DNA from: Lachnospiraceae bacterium
Lineage (GTDB): Bacteria > Bacillota > Clostridia > Lachnospirales > Lachnospiraceae
Assembly: GCA_029225485.1 (NCBI GenBank)
Contig: JAQXWO010000243.1
Location: forward strand, 1 to 45,460
Direction: 5' to 3'
Length of the DNA stretch: 45,460 nucleotides
This document shows positions 10,601 to 20,459 of the stretch, in pieces. The notes beneath the pieces were generated by a model. It saw only the letters and a program-made list of their open reading frames with translations. It was not told where the DNA came from and searched no databases. Position numbers and translations under genes: made by a program. Positions within the stretch are counted from its first letter, which is position 1, and the number at the start of each line of letters is the position of its first letter.

Positions 10601-10945
10601 TGCCAGAAACACAAGGAGCGGCAGCAGATACGCCATGATTCCAAACAGTCCGAAACTCACATCACTGATCACAGAACCGATATATCCTCCGATTCCAAAA
10701 TAACTGATAAATGCAAAAACAGAAAATGCCAGAACCAGCCAGATAACAGCCTCCTGCGTAATCTCAGGATTTGATCTCTCCGGTTCCCGCAATTCCGGAA
10801 CGGTCCGCTGTACCTGCGGAGCCTTTTTCACATTTTTCTTTTTTCCTCCGGCAGAAGCACCGGAGGAAGTCTTCTTCGCGGCAGAAGTCTTCTTTGTCTG
10901 ATTTTCTGCCTGCGATTTTGAATGGTTGTTTGTTTTAGATGCCAA
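7634..10945 (-). CDS. ftsK: DNA translocase FtsK/SpoIIIE
   Basis: N-terminal 4TM domain, long acidic linker, Walker [21 protein letters not shown]-terminal gamma domain ([13 protein letters not shown]); TTG start with AAGGAGG RBS. Confidence 0.97.
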   Translation of the reverse strand: MASKTNNHSKSQAENQTKKTSAAKKTSSGASAGGKKKNVKKAPQVQRTVPELREPERSNPEITQEAVIWLVLAFSVFAFISYFGIGGYIGSVISDVSFGLFGIMAYLLPLLVFLAAAFLISNKGNHIVGFKLASSAGLYLCLCSLMELMVNGYQPEIRIDKLYSDSAALKTGGGAVGGAVCSLFCPALGSVGAGIVIFILVIVCLVILTQKSLFAGMKHQGERVRRGAQVSKEKRAEKKEIRQQERMHREQLRQERRQQEEEERRILQERRQQEEEARRIRQEEILRADPQSGLPEDVQVVLPQYARMETQEWTRKPRAGRSKKSADGERETISAGSMQGAPEVRTSLEVPVIFPSTPRERRMDHRVTGMTMDTTIEELYEPSSAPEKKNRTRKKTGTRASVSAFPGNDSDTCYISLDRQESRKKPDRTESPADNQDEKTAEYPEVHIRGLSDDPETSEEPETVFSHQDDAGIEEMADEQFEDYPEETEDQEPELIEEPELLEESEELEVQETMDDLDAPGSQMAPEERKVSAGSSSWSDIWADETDLNRGGTSGTVFSEPVKKPAAENTQECPGDEGEEVKKESHGASPKKNPRSSQKEIQAGIASVEAEMAKTAEVVKREYVFPPLELLKKGKGRNNSSQEQEIRKTAAKLQQTLDSFGVRVTVTDVSCGPAVTRYELQPEQGVKVSRIVSLADDIKLNLAAADIRIEAPIPGKAAVGIEVPNAENSAVMLRDLLESEEFKKHSSKLAFATGKDIAGKVVVSDIARMPHLLIAGATGSGKSVCINTLIMSILYKASPEDVKLIMIDPKVVELSVYNGIPHLYIPVVTDPKKAAGALNWGVAEMTDRYNKFAEMGVRNLKGYNEKVESLADIEDENKPKKLPQIVIIVDELADLMMVAPGEVEDSICRLAQLARAAGIHLIIATQRPSVNVITGLIKANMPSRIAFSVSSSVDSRTIIDMGGAEKLLGKGDMLFYPQGYQKPARVQGAFVSDEEVADVVDFLKDQNMAEAYDSEMEEQIAKVEQAVSSARGSDDVDALFHEAGKFIIEKDKASIGMLQRVFKIGFNRAARIMDQLSEAGVVGPEEGTKPRKILMTLDEFEQL
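10107..10187. repeat. 42-bp-period tandem duplication inside the ftsK linker
   Basis: ATCCTGCGCGCCTCTTCTTCCTGCTGTCTTCTCTCCTGC (10107-10145) vs ATCCTGCGCTCCTCTTCCTCCTGCTGTCTTCTCTCCTGC (10149-10187); encodes [12 protein letters not shown] twice. Confidence 0.8.
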
Positions 10946-11030
10946 ACAGACTGCCTCCTTCTAAGTTCATAATAATACAAATGTCATAAGTCTGAATGCG
11001 CCGGAATTTTCCTGTCCCTGAGTCCTTTTA

Positions 11031-11909
11031 TCATCCCATGAAAAAACGGCCTGCAACGGCAAGCGCTCCTGCTGCAAAACAATAATAGGAAAAATAACTG
11101 AATTTCTTATTTTTCACTGCCACAAGCATGGTCTTGATACACACATAACCGACAACAGCTGCGGCTGCCATACCTGCAGCATAGATTCCGAACTCACTCA
11201 TCGCCATCGGCTCAGCGATCACATCTCCGATCTCCAGCACCGCTGCCCCGAGAACCGCCGGAATCGAGAGGATGAAAGAATATTTCACCGCAAATTTTCT
11301 CTCAAGTCCCAGCATCAGACAGACAGCAATCGTGGTACCGGATCTGGAAAGTCCCGGTAAAGTAGCCAGACCCTGAGCGATGCCGATCAGCAATCCTTCT
11401 CTGTAGGTCACCTGTCTGGGCATTTTCCTGGAATCTGGAGTCAGATCCGCGATCATCAGCAGCACACCTGTGATCCACAGACATATCCCGGGAATCAGAA
11501 GCGTGCCGGACGCCATCTCTACCAGATCTTTCCCCAGAATACCAATGATCCCGGTGGGAACTGTTGACACCAGAATAAGTATCACAAATTTCCGGTAGTT
11601 GTTATTTATGATTTTCTTATAGTGAAATGCAGTTTTATGTATCCTGTTCAGGAAAAAGATTCTGATATTCGCAAAAACAGTCCCGATCATACGGAACGTT
11701 TCCAGGATCATCCGCCAGATGTCCTTATAATATACGATGAATACTGCAATCAGAGTGCCGATATGAAGCATGATGTCAAACAGCATACTCCCGTTTGTCT
11801 CTATATGAAAGATATTCTGCAAAATCGCCAGATGTCCGGAACTGCTCACTGGAAGGAATTCTGTGATCCCCTGTACGATCCCAAGTAAAAGTGATTGAAT
11901 GATACTCAT
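11031..11909 (-). CDS. uppP: Undecaprenyl-diphosphate phosphatase
   Basis: GIVQGITEFLPVSSSGHL and PGLSRSGTT BacA motifs. Confidence 0.96.
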   Translation of the reverse strand: MSIIQSLLLGIVQGITEFLPVSSSGHLAILQNIFHIETNGSMLFDIMLHIGTLIAVFIVYYKDIWRMILETFRMIGTVFANIRIFFLNRIHKTAFHYKKIINNNYRKFVILILVSTVPTGIIGILGKDLVEMASGTLLIPGICLWITGVLLMIADLTPDSRKMPRQVTYREGLLIGIAQGLATLPGLSRSGTTIAVCLMLGLERKFAVKYSFILSIPAVLGAAVLEIGDVIAEPMAMSEFGIYAAGMAAAAVVGYVCIKTMLVAVKNKKFSYFSYYCFAAGALAVAGRFFMG

Positions 11910-11972
11910 GATGTGCCTCCGTCAAGACTGATACTGTGCATACACAGCAATTATAGCAAACTCTTCCGGTTC

Positions 11973-12466
11973 TCACAAGGGCTGTTCTTCAAAAAAATGG
12001 GGGCTGTTTTTTACCTGTCCATTTCCCTCTGCATCATAATTGATCTCTACCAGGAGGATCCTGTCATGATAGTCTGAGAGTGTCCCATGGCATCTCTTTT
12101 CCTTAATCTGCCGGATTGCCGTGTCCGCAGACTGGTTATACTTTAGTTCCACTACCATGGCAGGCTTGAAGAAATATCCAGATGAATCACATTATACTGA
12201 TTCAGATACTTCCTGTAATCTTTATTTTCAGAAATCTTCGTACCGGCAAACAGATCAGAAGAATCACTGCCAAGGCTATAGTAAACGTCAATCATTCCGG
12301 CGGCATGGGACTTTCCAAAGCGTCTGGCATGGCTTACTGCAATACACTTATTACTGGTTCCCAGAACCCCATTCAGATACTCCAGGAGCCCTGTCTTATC
12401 AATATAAATCTGACTTCTTTTATCGCTTGCAAAGCTTTCATTATTCGGATTAAAATACACACCCAT
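11973..12466 (-). pseudogene. Internally deleted AAA-ATPase-like / PD-(D/E)XK nuclease gene remnant
   Basis: N-terminus MGVYFNP...YIDKTGLL...ARRFGKS...YLNQYNVIHLDIS is joined out of frame near 12170 to the family C-terminus PAMVVELKYNQSADTAIRQIKEK...ILLVEINYD. Confidence 0.85.
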
Positions 12467-12661
12467 GTCTGTTATCACCCCATTTTTCTATTTTCCATAG
12501 TCACTGTCGTTTTAATTATTTGTCTCAGCTTTATTGTACCATTGATTTTTAGATTTTCAATATATTCATAAAAATGAGTGCCGCACTATGAAATTAAAAA
12601 ACAACGGAAGGATCATCTCCCTCCGCTGTTCTTATTGTTTTACATTATGATGGCAATGATA

Positions 12662-13387
12662 TTATTGTATTGTTTCAGGACAAAATCGTGATCTGTCCCT
12701 GCGTTCCCGGATCAGTTCCTCCAGTTTCTTCAGGGCGTCGCTGATACCACCCACTTCGTTGATGAGGCCTTCATCCACGGCCATCCGTCCTACCAGAATC
12801 GTGCCCAGGTCTTTGGTCAGCATGCCGGTGTCCAGCATCAGTTCTTCCAGGCGGCTGCGGTCTGCCCGGGAGTGATCGGCGATGAAGCCAAGGATGCGGT
12901 CCTGCATCTGGCGGAAATAGTCATAGGTCTGGGGGGCTCCGATGACTGTGCCGCTCATGCGGACCGGATGGATCACCATGGTTCCTGTCTTTACGATGAA
13001 AGAATAATCTGTGGATACTGCAATGGGGACTCCGATAGAATGACTGCCCCCCAGAACCAGAGAGACCGTCGGCTTGCTGATGGATGCTATCATTTCAGCA
13101 ATGGCGAGTCCTGCTTCCACATCACCGCCCACGGTATTCAGCAGGATCAGCAGACCGTCGATCTCTGTGCTGTCTTCGATGGCCGCCAGTTTGGGCAGTA
13201 CGTGTTCATACTTTGTAGTTTTCGAATTGCCCGGAAGGCATTCATGGCCTTCTATTTCTCCGATCACAGAGAGCAGATGTATCCTGCGGTTTAAGGTGAT
13301 ATCTCCGGTCTCGCGAATCGCTTCTCTTTGATCTTTTTCGTTTTCCGGCGTTTCATTTTCTTCTTCTTTTCTGACTGTCTCTCCCAT
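12662..13387 (-). CDS. tepA: ClpP-like translocation-enhancing protein TepA
   Basis: IGEIEGH...TTKYEHVLP, LNTVGGDVEAGLAIAE, GGSHSIGVP, MVIHP. Start moved to ATG 13387 behind an AAGGAG RBS. Confidence 0.9.
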   Translation of the reverse strand: MGETVRKEEENETPENEKDQREAIRETGDITLNRRIHLLSVIGEIEGHECLPGNSKTTKYEHVLPKLAAIEDSTEIDGLLILLNTVGGDVEAGLAIAEMIASISKPTVSLVLGGSHSIGVPIAVSTDYSFIVKTGTMVIHPVRMSGTVIGAPQTYDYFRQMQDRILGFIADHSRADRSRLEELMLDTGMLTKDLGTILVGRMAVDEGLINEVGGISDALKKLEELIRERRDRSRFCPETIQ

Positions 13388-13434
13388 ACATTGTACTCCT
13401 TTTCCATAAAATAATGCCCGGCTTTCATCCAATC

Positions 13435-13463
13435 ATTATTTCCAGAAAAAGAAAACATATTCA
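13435..13463 (-). promoter_or_regulatory. Putative forespore (SigF/SigG-type) promoter of tepA
   Basis: TGAATA-N14-GGAAATAAT, just downstream of the upstream operon's terminator. B. subtilis tepA is a known forespore (SigG) gene. Confidence 0.55.
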
Positions 13464-13466
13464 CAT

Positions 13467-13511
13467 AAAAAAGCGGCCGGACATCCTGTAAAGTCGTCTG
13501 ACCGCCGCTTT
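13467..13511 (-). terminator. Terminator of the hlyC-yebC-CFI-box operon
   Basis: Imperfect AAAGCGGC...GCCGCTTT stem with a U tract on the minus strand. Confidence 0.65.
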
Positions 13512-13517
13512 GATTCA

Positions 13518-14285
13518 CTATGCCATGAAATATTTTTCTTCCAGAGAGTTCACCATCTCTTCATATAGTATCCTGCATTCCTCCGGTCTGTCTGCATCGA
13601 TCAGATCAATACAGGGCTGCAGATAAATCTTCCATATATTCTGATAGACTGTCTCCGAATCCTGCTGCTGATTGATATGCTTTACGATGGAAGGCGCCAC
13701 ATCATAATAGCGCCGGATTATCTTCTCTCCTTCCGGAAGGGAGGCAAGGTATGTATCACGATACTCCCGCAGCACAGTCAGCTCCCTGCAGTCATCCGGC
13801 TTTCCCAGTACCTGACAGGCTGCTGTTGTGATATAGCAGAATTTTTTGTGAAACCCCTGCTCGATCTCCTGATAACAGGCAGCATGAAGATTCGTCTTTG
13901 GGAATTCCCGTTTCCATGCTTCGATCACCTTCTCTGCCAGCGGCCGGGAAGACTCTCCTCTGTATTCAAGGATCATCGGAAGTACATATGCCGCCATCTG
14001 AAGATTCAGATCCATCAGGACGCGCTCCTTCTCCGCGCGCCGTCTGCATTCCTCTACTCTGCCTGCCGCTTCTTTCACCAAAGCTTCCGCCATATTGATC
14101 AGATACTGATCCTTGTCGATCACCATCTGACAGCCCTTTTCCAGCGCATCAAAAGTAGACACATGTCTCTGATACATTTTGGAAAAAGCGTCTGCATACA
14201 GGGGCTTTTTGAAACTGGCAAGCACCTCTCCGGCAGGCTCCAGAAGCTTCGGCATACCTTCAATGGCAGTCAGGTAATAATTCAT
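13518..14285 (-). CDS. CFI-box-CTERM-like domain protein
   Basis: FCYITTAAC...DDCRELTVLREYRD..L...EG..II..YY..AP motif in the C-terminal half; starts 2 nt after the yebC stop. Confidence 0.75.
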   Translation of the reverse strand: MNYYLTAIEGMPKLLEPAGEVLASFKKPLYADAFSKMYQRHVSTFDALEKGCQMVIDKDQYLINMAEALVKEAAGRVEECRRRAEKERVLMDLNLQMAAYVLPMILEYRGESSRPLAEKVIEAWKREFPKTNLHAACYQEIEQGFHKKFCYITTAACQVLGKPDDCRELTVLREYRDTYLASLPEGEKIIRRYYDVAPSIVKHINQQQDSETVYQNIWKIYLQPCIDLIDADRPEECRILYEEMVNSLEEKYFMA

Positions 14286-14287
14286 AT

Positions 14288-15016
14288 TTATTCCTCCAGA
14301 TTCGTATATACCGCCTGTACATCATCATCTTCGTCCAGCAGATCAAGGGTACGGTTCAGCTGCTTCAGAGCTGTCTCATCTGTCAGTGCAATATAATTCT
14401 GGGGAATCATGGTAATATCTGCAGATGCCATGGGAATCCCCTGATCCTCAAGAGCCTGACGGACCGCGCTGAAGTCATCCGGCGAGGTCAGGATCTCATA
14501 GCTGTCCTCCTCTTCGGAGAAATCCTCGGCTCCCGCATCCAGAGCCACCATCATCAGTTCATCCGCATCTGTCTCATATTCTTCCTTGTCAATGATAATC
14601 TGACCCTTCTGGTCAAACATATAGGATACACAGCCCTGAGTACCGATGCTGCCGCTTCCCTTGGTAAATGCATTTCTTACATTGGAAGCAGTACGGTTCT
14701 TGTTGTCAGTAAGCGCTTCCACGATGATGGCGATACCATTCGGTCCATAGCCCTCATAGGTCACATACTCGTAATTGACAGATCCCATCTCACCGGAAGC
14801 CTTCTTGATGCCGCGCTCGATGGTATCATTCGGCATATTGTTGGCCTTGGCCTTCGCGATAATATCTCTCAGACGGCTGTTGTTGGCCGGATCTGCTCCG
14901 CCTTCTTTCACAGCCACCGCGATCTCACGGCCGATGATGGTGAAAATTTTGCCCTTTGCAGCATCATTTTTCTCTTTTTTGTGCTTAATATTCGCAAATT
15001 TAGAATGTCCTGACAT
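14288..15016 (-). CDS. yebC: YebC/PmpR family protein
   Basis: [29 protein letters not shown]. Confidence 0.97.
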   Translation of the reverse strand: MSGHSKFANIKHKKEKNDAAKGKIFTIIGREIAVAVKEGGADPANNSRLRDIIAKAKANNMPNDTIERGIKKASGEMGSVNYEYVTYEGYGPNGIAIIVEALTDNKNRTASNVRNAFTKGSGSIGTQGCVSYMFDQKGQIIIDKEEYETDADELMMVALDAGAEDFSEEEDSYEILTSPDDFSAVRQALEDQGIPMASADITMIPQNYIALTDETALKQLNRTLDLLDEDDDVQAVYTNLEE

Positions 15017-15021
15017 AATTG

Positions 15022-16317
15022 TTACTCCTTTTCGTTTTCTTCATTTTCCTTTTTTTCTTCTGATTTTGTAATCTGCACACGCCTTACTATTTTATTCTCT
15101 ACCTGAATCACGCGGAACAGATATCCATATTCACAAACCTCCGGCTGCTCCCCATCCGCAGGGATACGGTCCAGCCTGGAAATCAGAAAACCATTTAATG
15201 TATCGTATTCTTCCTCAAACTCGACGCCCAGCACTTCACCGGCCTCCTCCAGCGGTGTCATACCATCCATCAGAAAGCTTCCGCCCGGTCCCTGACTGAT
15301 ATACTGCTCATCGGTATCATACTCATCCTGAATATTGCCGACGATCTCCTCCAGAATATCCTCCATGGTGACAAGCCCGGCCGTCTGACCATACTCATCC
15401 ACCACGATCACCATCTGAAGCTTCTGCGCCTGCATATTCTGAAACAGCAGGTTGATCCCTCTCGTCTCGGGAATATAGCGGACGGGCCGCAACAGTCCCG
15501 GAATATCCTTGATCAGCCAGTTGTCATACTGATTCATCGTATGAAATTTCATAGCATCTCTGAAATGAAGGATACCCAGAATATTATCGATATTATCCAG
15601 ATAAACGGGAAATCTGGACACGGACTCCTGAACCATGATGGAAAGTGCCTCTCCCAGATTGACTCTTCCGCTGATACCGATGATGTTTTTCCGGTGTGTC
15701 ATGATATCGGCAGCTTTTTTATCGTCAAGCTCAAAAATATTCTGAATCATCTCCGCCTCGCTGGCATCCAGCACACCCTGCTCATGACCCTCGTTTACCA
15801 TGGAAATGATCTCATCCTCAGTCACTTCATTTTCAAGGGACGCCGGATCAACGCCGAACAGACGGATCACCAGCCCGGAAAGAAGAGTAAGTACATATGT
15901 AAAGGGCGCGGCGGCATGAAGCAGCACAAATATGCTCTTCTCCTGCCGGAGCAGCCATCGCTCCCCGTGCTTTCTGCCCAGCATATCCGGCACAGAACTG
16001 CCGAACAGATAAAGCAGAATGATCAGAACCGGACAGGAGATCCACACAGGGCATCTCTGTCTCAGAACCACCATTTCCGCTCCCGCACTGATACAAGCCA
16101 GAATCCGAAACAGCCACATGGCATGATCCAGACGAAATGAATGATTCATCAGATCCAGGATCTGTCCGGGATCTCTCTCTTCACTCAGATAAAGCTCTTC
16201 CAGCTCTGTCTCTCCCGCATGCTGCATGGCTGCCTTCGCCGCAGTCAGCATAAAATTCAGAATAAACAGCAAACATAATATGACGGCTCCCACCCAGGGA
16301 CTACTGTCATAATCCAT
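15022..16317 (-). CDS. Hemolysin/CorC-HlyC (CNNM + CBS) family membrane protein
   Basis: N-terminal TM domain, CBS pair (SRFPVY; [23 protein letters not shown]), CorC_HlyC tail (YDTLNGFL). Confidence 0.92.
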   Translation of the reverse strand: MDYDSSPWVGAVILCLLFILNFMLTAAKAAMQHAGETELEELYLSEERDPGQILDLMNHSFRLDHAMWLFRILACISAGAEMVVLRQRCPVWISCPVLIILLYLFGSSVPDMLGRKHGERWLLRQEKSIFVLLHAAAPFTYVLTLLSGLVIRLFGVDPASLENEVTEDEIISMVNEGHEQGVLDASEAEMIQNIFELDDKKAADIMTHRKNIIGISGRVNLGEALSIMVQESVSRFPVYLDNIDNILGILHFRDAMKFHTMNQYDNWLIKDIPGLLRPVRYIPETRGINLLFQNMQAQKLQMVIVVDEYGQTAGLVTMEDILEEIVGNIQDEYDTDEQYISQGPGGSFLMDGMTPLEEAGEVLGVEFEEEYDTLNGFLISRLDRIPADGEQPEVCEYGYLFRVIQVENKIVRRVQITKSEEKKENEENEKE

Positions 16318-16420
16318 AAAATTACCAACATCCTTTCTCTTTCTGTACCCGTATTGCCTTGTAACTCCCTAAGACTATAACATTTTCCACTTCATTAGTC
16401 AAGAATTCCATCCTTTATGC

Positions 16421-16768
16421 TTATGTAATCAATTCAAGACTCACCTGAAGCGCCTTGTCGACCCGCTGAAGCATCTCCATATCCAGATGGCATACCCGGT
16501 CTTTCAGCCTTTTCTTGTCAATGGTCCGAAGCTGTTCCAGCAGAATCACAGAATCTTTGACGATCTCATACCTGCCCGCCTCTATTTCCACATGGGTCGG
16601 CAGCTTTGCCTTATTCATCCTGGACGTGATTGCTGCACAGATGACGGTCGGACTGTGTTTATTTCCGATATCATTCTGGATGATCAGCACCGGACGTATT
16701 CCTCCCTGTTCTGATCCCACCACGGGTCTCAGATCTGCATAAAAGATATCACCTCTGCGAATATTCAC
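16421..16768 (-). CDS. mazF: MazF/PemK family endoribonuclease (NdoA/EndoA-like)
   Basis: [42 protein letters not shown]...[15 protein letters not shown] start at 16768 behind a GGAG RBS. Confidence 0.95.
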   Translation of the reverse strand: MNIRRGDIFYADLRPVVGSEQGGIRPVLIIQNDIGNKHSPTVICAAITSRMNKAKLPTHVEIEAGRYEIVKDSVILLEQLRTIDKKRLKDRVCHLDMEMLQRVDKALQVSLELIT

Positions 16769-16815
16769 ACTGCTCACACTCCAATACAAAGGATTTGGAT
16801 TTACATCCTGTTTCA

Positions 16816-16844
16816 AGTATTTCCATATTTCCTTCGTATATTCA
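16816..16844 (-). promoter_or_regulatory. Putative forespore (SigF/SigG-type) promoter of mazF
   Basis: TGAATA-N14-GGAAATACT, same architecture as the tepA upstream motif. Confidence 0.45.
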
Positions 16845-16868
16845 TGTGTTTAAAAACAACCGGTTCTG

Positions 16869-18002
16869 TCAGATTCCTTTATACACTCTCGGAACTCTCC
16901 TGCCGATGTCGCAGACAAATTCATACGGAAAACGTCCGGAAAGTGCTCCGAGTTCGTCCACCGTAATCTCTTCGCCGCTGTCTTTTCCCAGAAGCGTCAC
17001 TTCGTCCAGTATCTTTACATCCATGCCGGTCACATCCACCATGAACTGATCCATACAGACTCTTCCTTTTATCCAGGCTTTCTGTCCGTGGATCAGCACA
17101 TATCCTTTGTTGCTCAGGCTTCTGGGATATCCGTCGCCGTATCCCACCGGAATCGTGGCAATCTGCATGGGTCTGTCAGCAGTAAAGGTCCCTCCGTAGC
17201 TGATCTGTGTGCCGGGAGCAATTTCTTTGACGTATACCACATGAGACTTCAGCTCCATGGCAGGCCGGAGAGCCACGCGGGATCTGTCCACCTCATCGGA
17301 AGGATAGATGCCATAAATACTGATCCCTGCCCGTACCAGATCCAGACGCTTTTCCGGCATATCTATGATCGCTGCCGTGTTGGCACAGTGACAGATGATA
17401 TCCCGGGAAAGCTGTTCTTTCAGACATCCGCAGAATGTGGTAAAACGGTCATACTGCTTCTGTGCCGCTTTTTTGTCCGCCTCATCTGCTCTGGCAAAAT
17501 GAGTAAATATGCCTTCCAGCCGGATCGACGGAAGCTCAGAAAGTCCGGCGATCAATGATGCATTTTCTCTGGTATCTGCAAATCCGATTCGGGACATTCC
17601 CGTGTCCACAGCCGTATGAAAAGGTGCTGTCACACCTGACACCTGTGCAGCCGCAGAAAATTCCCGCATCATCTTTTCGGTGAACAGCACGGGGCGCACG
17701 CCATTTTGGGCCATCCACTCATAATCCTCCTGAAAGGTATACCCCAGGATCAAAATCGGCTTCCTGATGCCGCTCTCCCGCAGAGCAGCCGCCTCGGATA
17801 CCGCTGCCACCGCAAATCCCCAGATATACTCCTCCGGTTCCATTTTTTTGGCAATGGCCGCGGCGCCATGTCCATAACCGTCCGTCTTGATCACTGCGAT
17901 CATCAGAGTTCCCGGAGCCAGATTGGCTCTCATACTCTCGAAATTGAATTTCACTGCCTCCAGATCCACATATGCTGTAATTCTTCCATGCCTCTCCATC
18001 AT
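16869..18002 (-). CDS. alr: Alanine racemase
   Basis: AVIKTDGYGHG PLP-lysine motif, DTGMSRIG, ISYGG, GYGDGYPR, GRVCMDQ. Confidence 0.97.
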   Translation of the reverse strand: MMERHGRITAYVDLEAVKFNFESMRANLAPGTLMIAVIKTDGYGHGAAAIAKKMEPEEYIWGFAVAAVSEAAALRESGIRKPILILGYTFQEDYEWMAQNGVRPVLFTEKMMREFSAAAQVSGVTAPFHTAVDTGMSRIGFADTRENASLIAGLSELPSIRLEGIFTHFARADEADKKAAQKQYDRFTTFCGCLKEQLSRDIICHCANTAAIIDMPEKRLDLVRAGISIYGIYPSDEVDRSRVALRPAMELKSHVVYVKEIAPGTQISYGGTFTADRPMQIATIPVGYGDGYPRSLSNKGYVLIHGQKAWIKGRVCMDQFMVDVTGMDVKILDEVTLLGKDSGEEITVDELGALSGRFPYEFVCDIGRRVPRVYKGI

Positions 18003-19495
18003 CTGTTTCCTCCTTCTGCTTTCTTCAGAATTTCCCCGATATGGTCAGCGATATCTCCTGCTGTCATTCCATAATGCCCCTTTTCCTCTGCCGCCAGATC
18101 TCCTGCCAGCCCGTGCATGTATACTCCCAGTGCCGCTGCTTCAAACCGGGTCATCTTCTGGGCCAGAAGTCCGCAGATCAGACCGGTCAGCACATCACCG
18201 GAGCCTCCGGAGGCCATACCACTGTTGCCTGAAGTATTCAGATACATCCTGCTGCCGTCAGTGACTACTGTTCTGGCGTCCTTCAGCACACAGACGACCT
18301 TCTGTGATTCTCCGAATTCTCCGGCAGTCCGGCACAGATTTTCCTGGATCTCACGGCAGGAAAGACCGGTCAGACGCTCCATCTCACCGATATGGGGAGT
18401 CAGCACCAGCCCGGCTTTCGTCTTTTGTCTCATCGTCAGATCCACAGACAGCAGATTCAGTCCGTCCGCATCGATCACCAGCGGTTTTTCATAATGTTCC
18501 AGCACATAGTTCAAGATCTCCCTCTGGACATTTCCCGTGCCGAGTCCCGGACCGATAGCTGCCGCTGTGGACCAGTTCAGTGTTTCTTCCAGCTTTTCCG
18601 GAATCTCTGTTTCCTCCTCCCATGTCGTCAGAAGCGCTTCCGGCACACTGCTCTGGAGGATGGTCCTGTTGCATTCCTCTGTAAAGACACGCACCAGTCC
18701 GCAGCCGCTGCGGCAGGCCGCTTTTGCCGCCAGGACAGCCGCACCGCACATGCACCGGCTTCCTGCGATCAGAAGCACCCTGCCATAGGTACCTTTATGA
18801 GAATAGGGCTTTCGCGGGGCAACGCGGGACAGATCTTCCTCTCCATAGGTAAAGGCAGCGGTACTGCCAAGCCCATCTGCTGTGATCCCGATATCCCTCC
18901 GCGATACCTTTCCGCAGTACTGTGTCCCCGGATATAATATATGGCCCAGCTTCCGGTAGGCAAAGGTAACGGTCAGATCTGCCTCCACCGCGGCGCCGGG
19001 CACCTTTCCGTCGTCCGCCATGACTCCGGAGGGAATGTCCACGGCGATTTTTACTGCATCCTGGCGGTTCATCCATGCAATGATATCCGCATATCTGCCT
19101 TCCACCGGCCGTGAAAGTCCGACGCCGAACAGTGCATCTACTATAACAGTATATTCCCGTTCCTGATAATTGCTGCATGGTTTTATTCCACATTTTTCAC
19201 AAATATTTTTCTGCAGCCTCGCCTCCGCCGTCAGGGAAGTTTCCCTTCCCTCAAAGGCCACAGTCACCCGGACGCCCCGCTCATCCAGCAGACGCGCCAC
19301 GGCAAAGCCGTCTCCTCCGTTATTTCCGGAGCCGCATACGACCAGCACAGACTCCAGATCCAGCTGTGCCCGCTCCATCTCCTCCGTCACTGCCAGCGCA
19401 GCTCTCTCCATCAATACCATGGATGGGATCCCGATCTCATGCATGGTGTATTCGTCACACTGCTTCATCTGGGCCCCTGTCACGAGAAATTCCAT
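17999..19495 (-). CDS. nnr: Bifunctional NAD(P)HX epimerase/dehydratase
   Basis: CGSGNNGGDG (YjeF_N), HKGTYG, IGPGLG, LTPHIGEM, GGSGDVLTG. Start set at ATG 19495 behind GAAAGGAG. Confidence 0.95.
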   Translation of the reverse strand: MEFLVTGAQMKQCDEYTMHEIGIPSMVLMERAALAVTEEMERAQLDLESVLVVCGSGNNGGDGFAVARLLDERGVRVTVAFEGRETSLTAEARLQKNICEKCGIKPCSNYQEREYTVIVDALFGVGLSRPVEGRYADIIAWMNRQDAVKIAVDIPSGVMADDGKVPGAAVEADLTVTFAYRKLGHILYPGTQYCGKVSRRDIGITADGLGSTAAFTYGEEDLSRVAPRKPYSHKGTYGRVLLIAGSRCMCGAAVLAAKAACRSGCGLVRVFTEECNRTILQSSVPEALLTTWEEETEIPEKLEETLNWSTAAAIGPGLGTGNVQREILNYVLEHYEKPLVIDADGLNLLSVDLTMRQKTKAGLVLTPHIGEMERLTGLSCREIQENLCRTAGEFGESQKVVCVLKDARTVVTDGSRMYLNTSGNSGMASGGSGDVLTGLICGLLAQKMTRFEAAALGVYMHGLAGDLAAEEKGHYGMTAGDIADHIGEILKKAEGGNR

Positions 19496-19624
19496 TCTGT
19501 CTCCTTTCCCTGCTCCTGTACCTGCAGATCCATCAGTCATGGCACAAAGCCGGATTTTCCTGTATCATAGACCAAGGCCGGCTGCTTTTACAAGCATTGC
19601 CGGCCTTCCGGTATCATATCTTTA

Positions 19625-20260
19625 TCACTTGTTGTCCAGATGATTCAGCCGGTAGGAAAGCTGCATCAGACTCTCGGAAAGATGTACGCTCTCCACCACC
19701 ACATCCGGCGGAACCTTCAGATCGGTATGTGCAAAATTCCAGATGGCCTTCACCCCATTTTCCACCAGAATCGGAGCAATTTCCTCTGCACCTGCCTTGG
19801 GAAGGGTCAGCGCCGCGATCTGAATCTCATTATCCCTGATAAACTGTGCCAGTTCATCCACCATCCGTATCTCGATTCCCCGGACTGTCATTCCCTCCAG
19901 TCTGGGATTCACATCAAAAATACCTTTGATCCAGAAACCTCTCTTCTCAAATTTGACATAATTCGCAAGTGCCTGTCCGAGGTTGCCTGCCCCTACGATC
20001 ACCATACTGTATACCTTATCAAGACCCAGGATCTTTCCAATCTCCTGATAAAGATACCGGACATTGTATCCATAGCCCTGCTGTCCAAACCCGCCGAAAT
20101 TATTCAGATCCTGTCGAATCTGTGACGCCGTCACATTCATCAGATTGCTCAGCTCACCAGATGAAATTCGCTCAACCTTTGCCTCCATTAGATCCCCAAG
20201 ATACCGATAATAACGTGGAAGACGTTTGACTACCGCCTTTGAAATCTCATGTTCATCCAC
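19625..20260 (-). CDS. rex: Redox-sensing transcriptional repressor Rex
   Basis: KRLPRYYRYL, SQIRQDL..FG.FGQQGYGY, GAGNLGQAL, IWNFA. Probable GTG start at 20260. Confidence 0.97.
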   Translation of the reverse strand: MDEHEISKAVVKRLPRYYRYLGDLMEAKVERISSGELSNLMNVTASQIRQDLNNFGGFGQQGYGYNVRYLYQEIGKILGLDKVYSMVIVGAGNLGQALANYVKFEKRGFWIKGIFDVNPRLEGMTVRGIEIRMVDELAQFIRDNEIQIAALTLPKAGAEEIAPILVENGVKAIWNFAHTDLKVPPDVVVESVHLSESLMQLSYRLNHLDNK

Positions 20261-20459
20261 ATTCTCATCTCCATACATTATATATAATTTTTAACTATGA
20301 TTATATAGGAATGCTATTTTTTTGTCAATTGTTTCAATCTTATTTCAATTTTGGACAGCAACAAGATTTCATAAAACGGTTGTCTTCTTCCACAAAACTG
20401 ATTATAATTCAAGAAGTGCTATCAAAGAAAGGAAAGCGCGCTGCGCTGTGGAATCATAT

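Noticed and set aside
20322-20339. Possible Rex operator TTGTCAA-TTGT-TTCAATC over the rex -35
   Set aside because: The right half-site deviates at three positions, and the left half is explained by the TTGACA promoter element on the other strand.
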